A stretch of DNA of 64,000 bases from Leptolyngbyaceae cyanobacterium (GTDB lineage Bacteria; Cyanobacteriota; Cyanobacteriia; Phormidesmidales; Phormidesmidaceae): assembly GCA_965263355.1 (NCBI GenBank), contig CBDHHL010000056.1:1248001-1312000 (forward strand). Reading direction: 5' to 3'. Every line of letters begins with the position of its first letter. Position 1 is the stretch's first letter. Shown here one piece after another: positions 61,176 through 64,000 of the stretch. Below the pieces are notes generated by a model, which saw only the letters and a list, made by a program, of their open reading frames with translations, made no database searches and had not been told where the DNA came from. The position numbers and the translations under genes are program-made.

Positions 61176-62096
61176 ATGAACTGGATGCAGCAGATTAGTC
61201 AAAGGGGGCTTGAGTGCCTAAAAGGCATTATAAAGACTAATCATGGGCGAATAGTGTTACTGGGCCTTTTTATTGGTCTGCTTTATTTTCCAGTGTGGGT
61301 ACATGATTTAGTGATTCGTTCGATTAGTGGTTCTACCGGACTAGCACTTATTTCCTGTGCCGCTCTGATGGCACTCTTTCCCCTATGGAAAAATCGCCGG
61401 TATTTAACCCAACTATCGGCCTCCGAGGAAGATCAAGTTATTGGCAACCTTCTAATTTTGGGAAGCATTGCTATCTTGCCATTTTTTTACTCAGAGATGT
61501 GGGCGAAAGCGTTAATTTGGTTATTTATTTTAATTGGGATTACCCTTAGCACCTGGGGTGCTGCATTTTTTGCTAAGTACCCGCTCACAACATTTTTGAT
61601 TCCGCTAACGGTTTACACTCGACCTGGCATCCTTGCGCAAGGGGCTTGGCGTTTTGTAATGCCCCCTGATTTTCTGGAAAATATTATGGCTGCCGCCAGC
61701 GTAAAGGTGTTGCAGTTGATGGGGCAAGCGGCTGTCGCCCAAGGGCGGTTTATTACCATGCCAACGGGGGGCGCAGTGGAAGTGGCCTGGCGTTGTAATG
61801 GTTTTAATATGGCAGTAGCTATGGCTGTAACCGGGTTGCTGCTAGGTATCTTTTTTAAGCGCACGCGATCGCAGATTGCGCGATTAATGGTAGTCGGTGC
61901 TGTTGTGGGTCTGGTATTTAATGTACCTCGGGTGATGCTAATGGCTATGGCCCATGCCTATTGGGGCGAATGGTGGTTTGACTTTTGGCATGGGTCCTGG
62001 GGCGCACAGATTTTTGTTGGGGTATTGTTTACAGTTTACTATTATGTGGCTATGGCAATGCTCAATAGACAAAAGCGCAGTCTAAAAAAGGGTTAA
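61176..62096 (+). CDS. crtC: Cyanoexosortase C (exosortase/archaeosortase family; not the carotenoid enzyme of the same symbol)
   Basis: Multi-TM; catalytic Cys (VAWRCNG), Arg (FNVPR), His (FDFWHG); adjacent PTPA-CTERM substrates. Confidence 0.8.
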   Translation: MNWMQQISQRGLECLKGIIKTNHGRIVLLGLFIGLLYFPVWVHDLVIRSISGSTGLALISCAALMALFPLWKNRRYLTQLSASEEDQVIGNLLILGSIAILPFFYSEMWAKALIWLFILIGITLSTWGAAFFAKYPLTTFLIPLTVYTRPGILAQGAWRFVMPPDFLENIMAAASVKVLQLMGQAAVAQGRFITMPTGGAVEVAWRCNGFNMAVAMAVTGLLLGIFFKRTRSQIARLMVVGAVVGLVFNVPRVMLMAMAHAYWGEWWFDFWHGSWGAQIFVGVLFTVYYYVAMAMLNRQKRSLKKG

Positions 62097-62245
62097 CTGG
62101 CAATTTTTCTAAAACTGATTAGTGTCGCCAATAAACTCTCCTTTTCATTTCCTAAATCGTTATTAACAGTAACTGTTGGCAATGACTTGATTACTCAAAG
62201 GCCGTAAAGCTGATCTATTTCTAAGTCTAGAAAATCAGGTTGAGC

Positions 62246-63484
62246 TTAATTCTTTAATCTACTGGCTAGTGTTTTATCAAAAACTTGCTGCGTAAGACGC
62301 AAAATACGTAGTACGTAGTATAAGAAAAATAAATTTGATGGTAGTTCTATAGTAGCCAAGTCTGCCAATGTTGGTTCTAAGAGCGTTAAACAAAAACGTA
62401 GACGTTGGTGCCAACCAGGCATTAATTTGAGTTGGTGGAGTGTATAGGATACTTCAAATTTTGATTGGAGGGAATAGTGTTCCTGAGTGAAGATACTCTG
62501 TTGGATTGCCTTAGCCACAGTGTGAGTACAAGTGGAGTTCATTAGCTGTTGTTGTATAGTGTCAGGTAATATAACCCCGCATAGATCTTGTGCTAAGCTC
62601 AGACCTAACAAAAAGCTAGGTAACATTCCTAAATCGTTTGATCTGTCAAGTAGATACTCCCAGTTTAGATTTTCCTGTGCTTTTATCAACATTGCCAAAT
62701 CGCAAATCTTACCCAAATGACACCAAAGATCTTCAGCACCTTGGGCACATGAGATAAGGATACTGATCTCTGGAGTAAGACAAATAACTTGACGTCCTCC
62801 AAGATTTATTGTCTGGGTGTGTTGCCAAATCCATCTGACGTCAAACAAATGGGAAAATTGTTTTGATAGAATACCTTGGTGAATATCTAGGAAGAATTGA
62901 CTTTTAGGATTATATAAGCTAAATTCTTTCTGCGACTTAAGATATTCAAACTGTTGTTGCTTACTCAGTTTTGCTAGGTACGTCCTTTCTGTGGCAGCCA
63001 TGATGGTGTCACATTGATATCCATGTTTAACTGCAATATCCCTGAGAACTAAAAAGTCATTTGGGGCAACCAATAAATCGAGGTCGGAGAACATACGAAG
63101 TGATAAATCTCCGTAGGCAATCTGCGCTATTGTTGGACCTTTAAAGGTGATAGATTTAATACTATGGGCATCTAAAATATCCAGAAACGCTATCAGCTCC
63201 TGTACTAGTCTGAAGTTGCGCTGAATAGTCTGTAGGTGTAGTCTACGTAATTCCTGTAGGATATGATCTGGTACCGCTTGAGAAGAGAAAGGAGAAAGAG
63301 ATTTATATAGTAACGGCAGTAATCTATGAAACCGTGCTAGTTTTAGTAGCTTTTCCCAGTCTATTTTTGACTGTTTTATAATCTGCTGTATCTGTGCCTG
63401 ACGATTTAAGTCTGGATCGACATTAATACAGTTCAGCAGTAAGGCTATTTCTGGTTTCAAGGTAGACATATTTAAATCGCCCAT
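62246..63484 (-). CDS. Nucleotidyltransferase family protein (NTP_transf_5-like)
   Basis: FKGP…YGDLSLRMFSDLDLLV, LDIH. Confidence 0.85.
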   Translation of the reverse strand: MGDLNMSTLKPEIALLLNCINVDPDLNRQAQIQQIIKQSKIDWEKLLKLARFHRLLPLLYKSLSPFSSQAVPDHILQELRRLHLQTIQRNFRLVQELIAFLDILDAHSIKSITFKGPTIAQIAYGDLSLRMFSDLDLLVAPNDFLVLRDIAVKHGYQCDTIMAATERTYLAKLSKQQQFEYLKSQKEFSLYNPKSQFFLDIHQGILSKQFSHLFDVRWIWQHTQTINLGGRQVICLTPEISILISCAQGAEDLWCHLGKICDLAMLIKAQENLNWEYLLDRSNDLGMLPSFLLGLSLAQDLCGVILPDTIQQQLMNSTCTHTVAKAIQQSIFTQEHYSLQSKFEVSYTLHQLKLMPGWHQRLRFCLTLLEPTLADLATIELPSNLFFLYYVLRILRLTQQVFDKTLASRLKN

Positions 63485-63528
63485 AGGTAGGTGCCCATTT
63501 ATATCAACTTATTAATTAGCAACTATCG

Positions 63529-64000
63529 CTACCAATAGTTTTTAGCCTGAATTTCGAAGAGATAAGCATAGGTACGTTGCTGTCTCATAAGCTCCTGGTG
63601 AGTACCGCTCTCTACTATTCTGCCTTTATCCATTACATAAATCCGATCGGCCATCTTAACGGTTGAAAGGCGATGGGTAATTAAAATAGCGGCCTGATCT
63701 TGAATCAAATGTTTAAAGTTTCGAAATACTTCATATTCTGCTTTAGGATCCATTGCACTGGTAGGTTCATCCAAAACAATCAGTTGAGATTTTCGTAAAA
63801 AAGCTCTTGCTAAGGCTACTTTTTGCCACTGGCCTATACTAAGTTCTTCACCTTGATCAAAAATCTTACCGAGTATAGTGTCATACCCTGAGGGTAATCT
63901 TTGAATTACCTCATGGGCTCCTGCTTTCTTCGCTGCGAATACTACCTCGGGGGCATTTGATGCAAGCTGAGTGTTCCCAATCCAAATGTTATCATGTGCT
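63529..64000 (-). CDS. C-terminus of ABC exporter ATPase (5' part outside window)
   Basis: Frame open to window edge: ELSIGQWQKVALARAF…VLDEPTS…ITHRLSTV. Confidence 0.9.
   Translation of the reverse strand, partial: AHDNIWIGNTQLASNAPEVVFAAKKAGAHEVIQRLPSGYDTILGKIFDQGEELSIGQWQKVALARAFLRKSQLIVLDEPTSAMDPKAEYEVFRNFKHLIQDQAAILITHRLSTVKMADRIYVMDKGRIVESGTHQELMRQQRTYAYLFEIQAKNYW

Noticed and set aside
8861..61872. HIP1 octamer GCGATCGC as a novel repeat
   Set aside because: Well-known cyanobacterial highly iterated palindrome; used only as a taxonomic clue
201..62720. Many antisense or nested ORFs in the track (e.g. 2707..3006, 30203..30550, 38670..39155, 49595..49948, 58879..59286, 60329..60763)
   Set aside because: They lie within well-supported genes on another frame or strand and have no motifs

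Overview
Filamentous-cyanobacterial DNA (HIP1 GCGATCGC throughout, nblR, Uma2 genes, PTPA-CTERM/cyanoexosortase; Leptolyngbya-like by inference). Four blocks. (1) About 0.4-20.6 kb is an accessory island bracketed by decayed plasmid-type ORFs. It holds a signalling cluster (two hybrid kinases, a His-less pseudokinase, a NarL regulator, a KaiC-like ATPase), two RRM proteins, a sulfotransferase, a SLOG protein, a cation/H+ antiporter, a four-gene peptide-ligase module (circularly permuted ATP-grasp, M14 hydrolase, GshB-like ligase, MarC) and a group 2 sigma factor. Six of its promoters (seven with a weaker pair) share a paired 16-bp 7-2-7 palindrome (TCATCCnnnnGGATGA plus a second box 32-34 bp downstream), so the island looks like a self-contained stress regulon. 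(2) About 20.7-26.4 kb is mobile debris: Uma2 genes, pseudogenes and a 192-bp-period recombination-site-like repeat. (3) About 26.6-52.8 kb is mostly core genes (broken FeS-photolyase, nblR, aminotransferase), with a degenerate ISAzo13, a GGDEF/EAL gene, an orphan structured non-coding element resembling an IS110 bridge/seekRNA end, and a Pho/PhnF-controlled locus with two convergent phnCDE transporters. (4) About 52.9-64 kb is a PTPA-CTERM/cyanoexosortase C/EPS locus that runs into what may be a lasso-type cluster. No rRNA, tRNA or CRISPR array was seen. All family calls come from motif recognition; no database searches were run.
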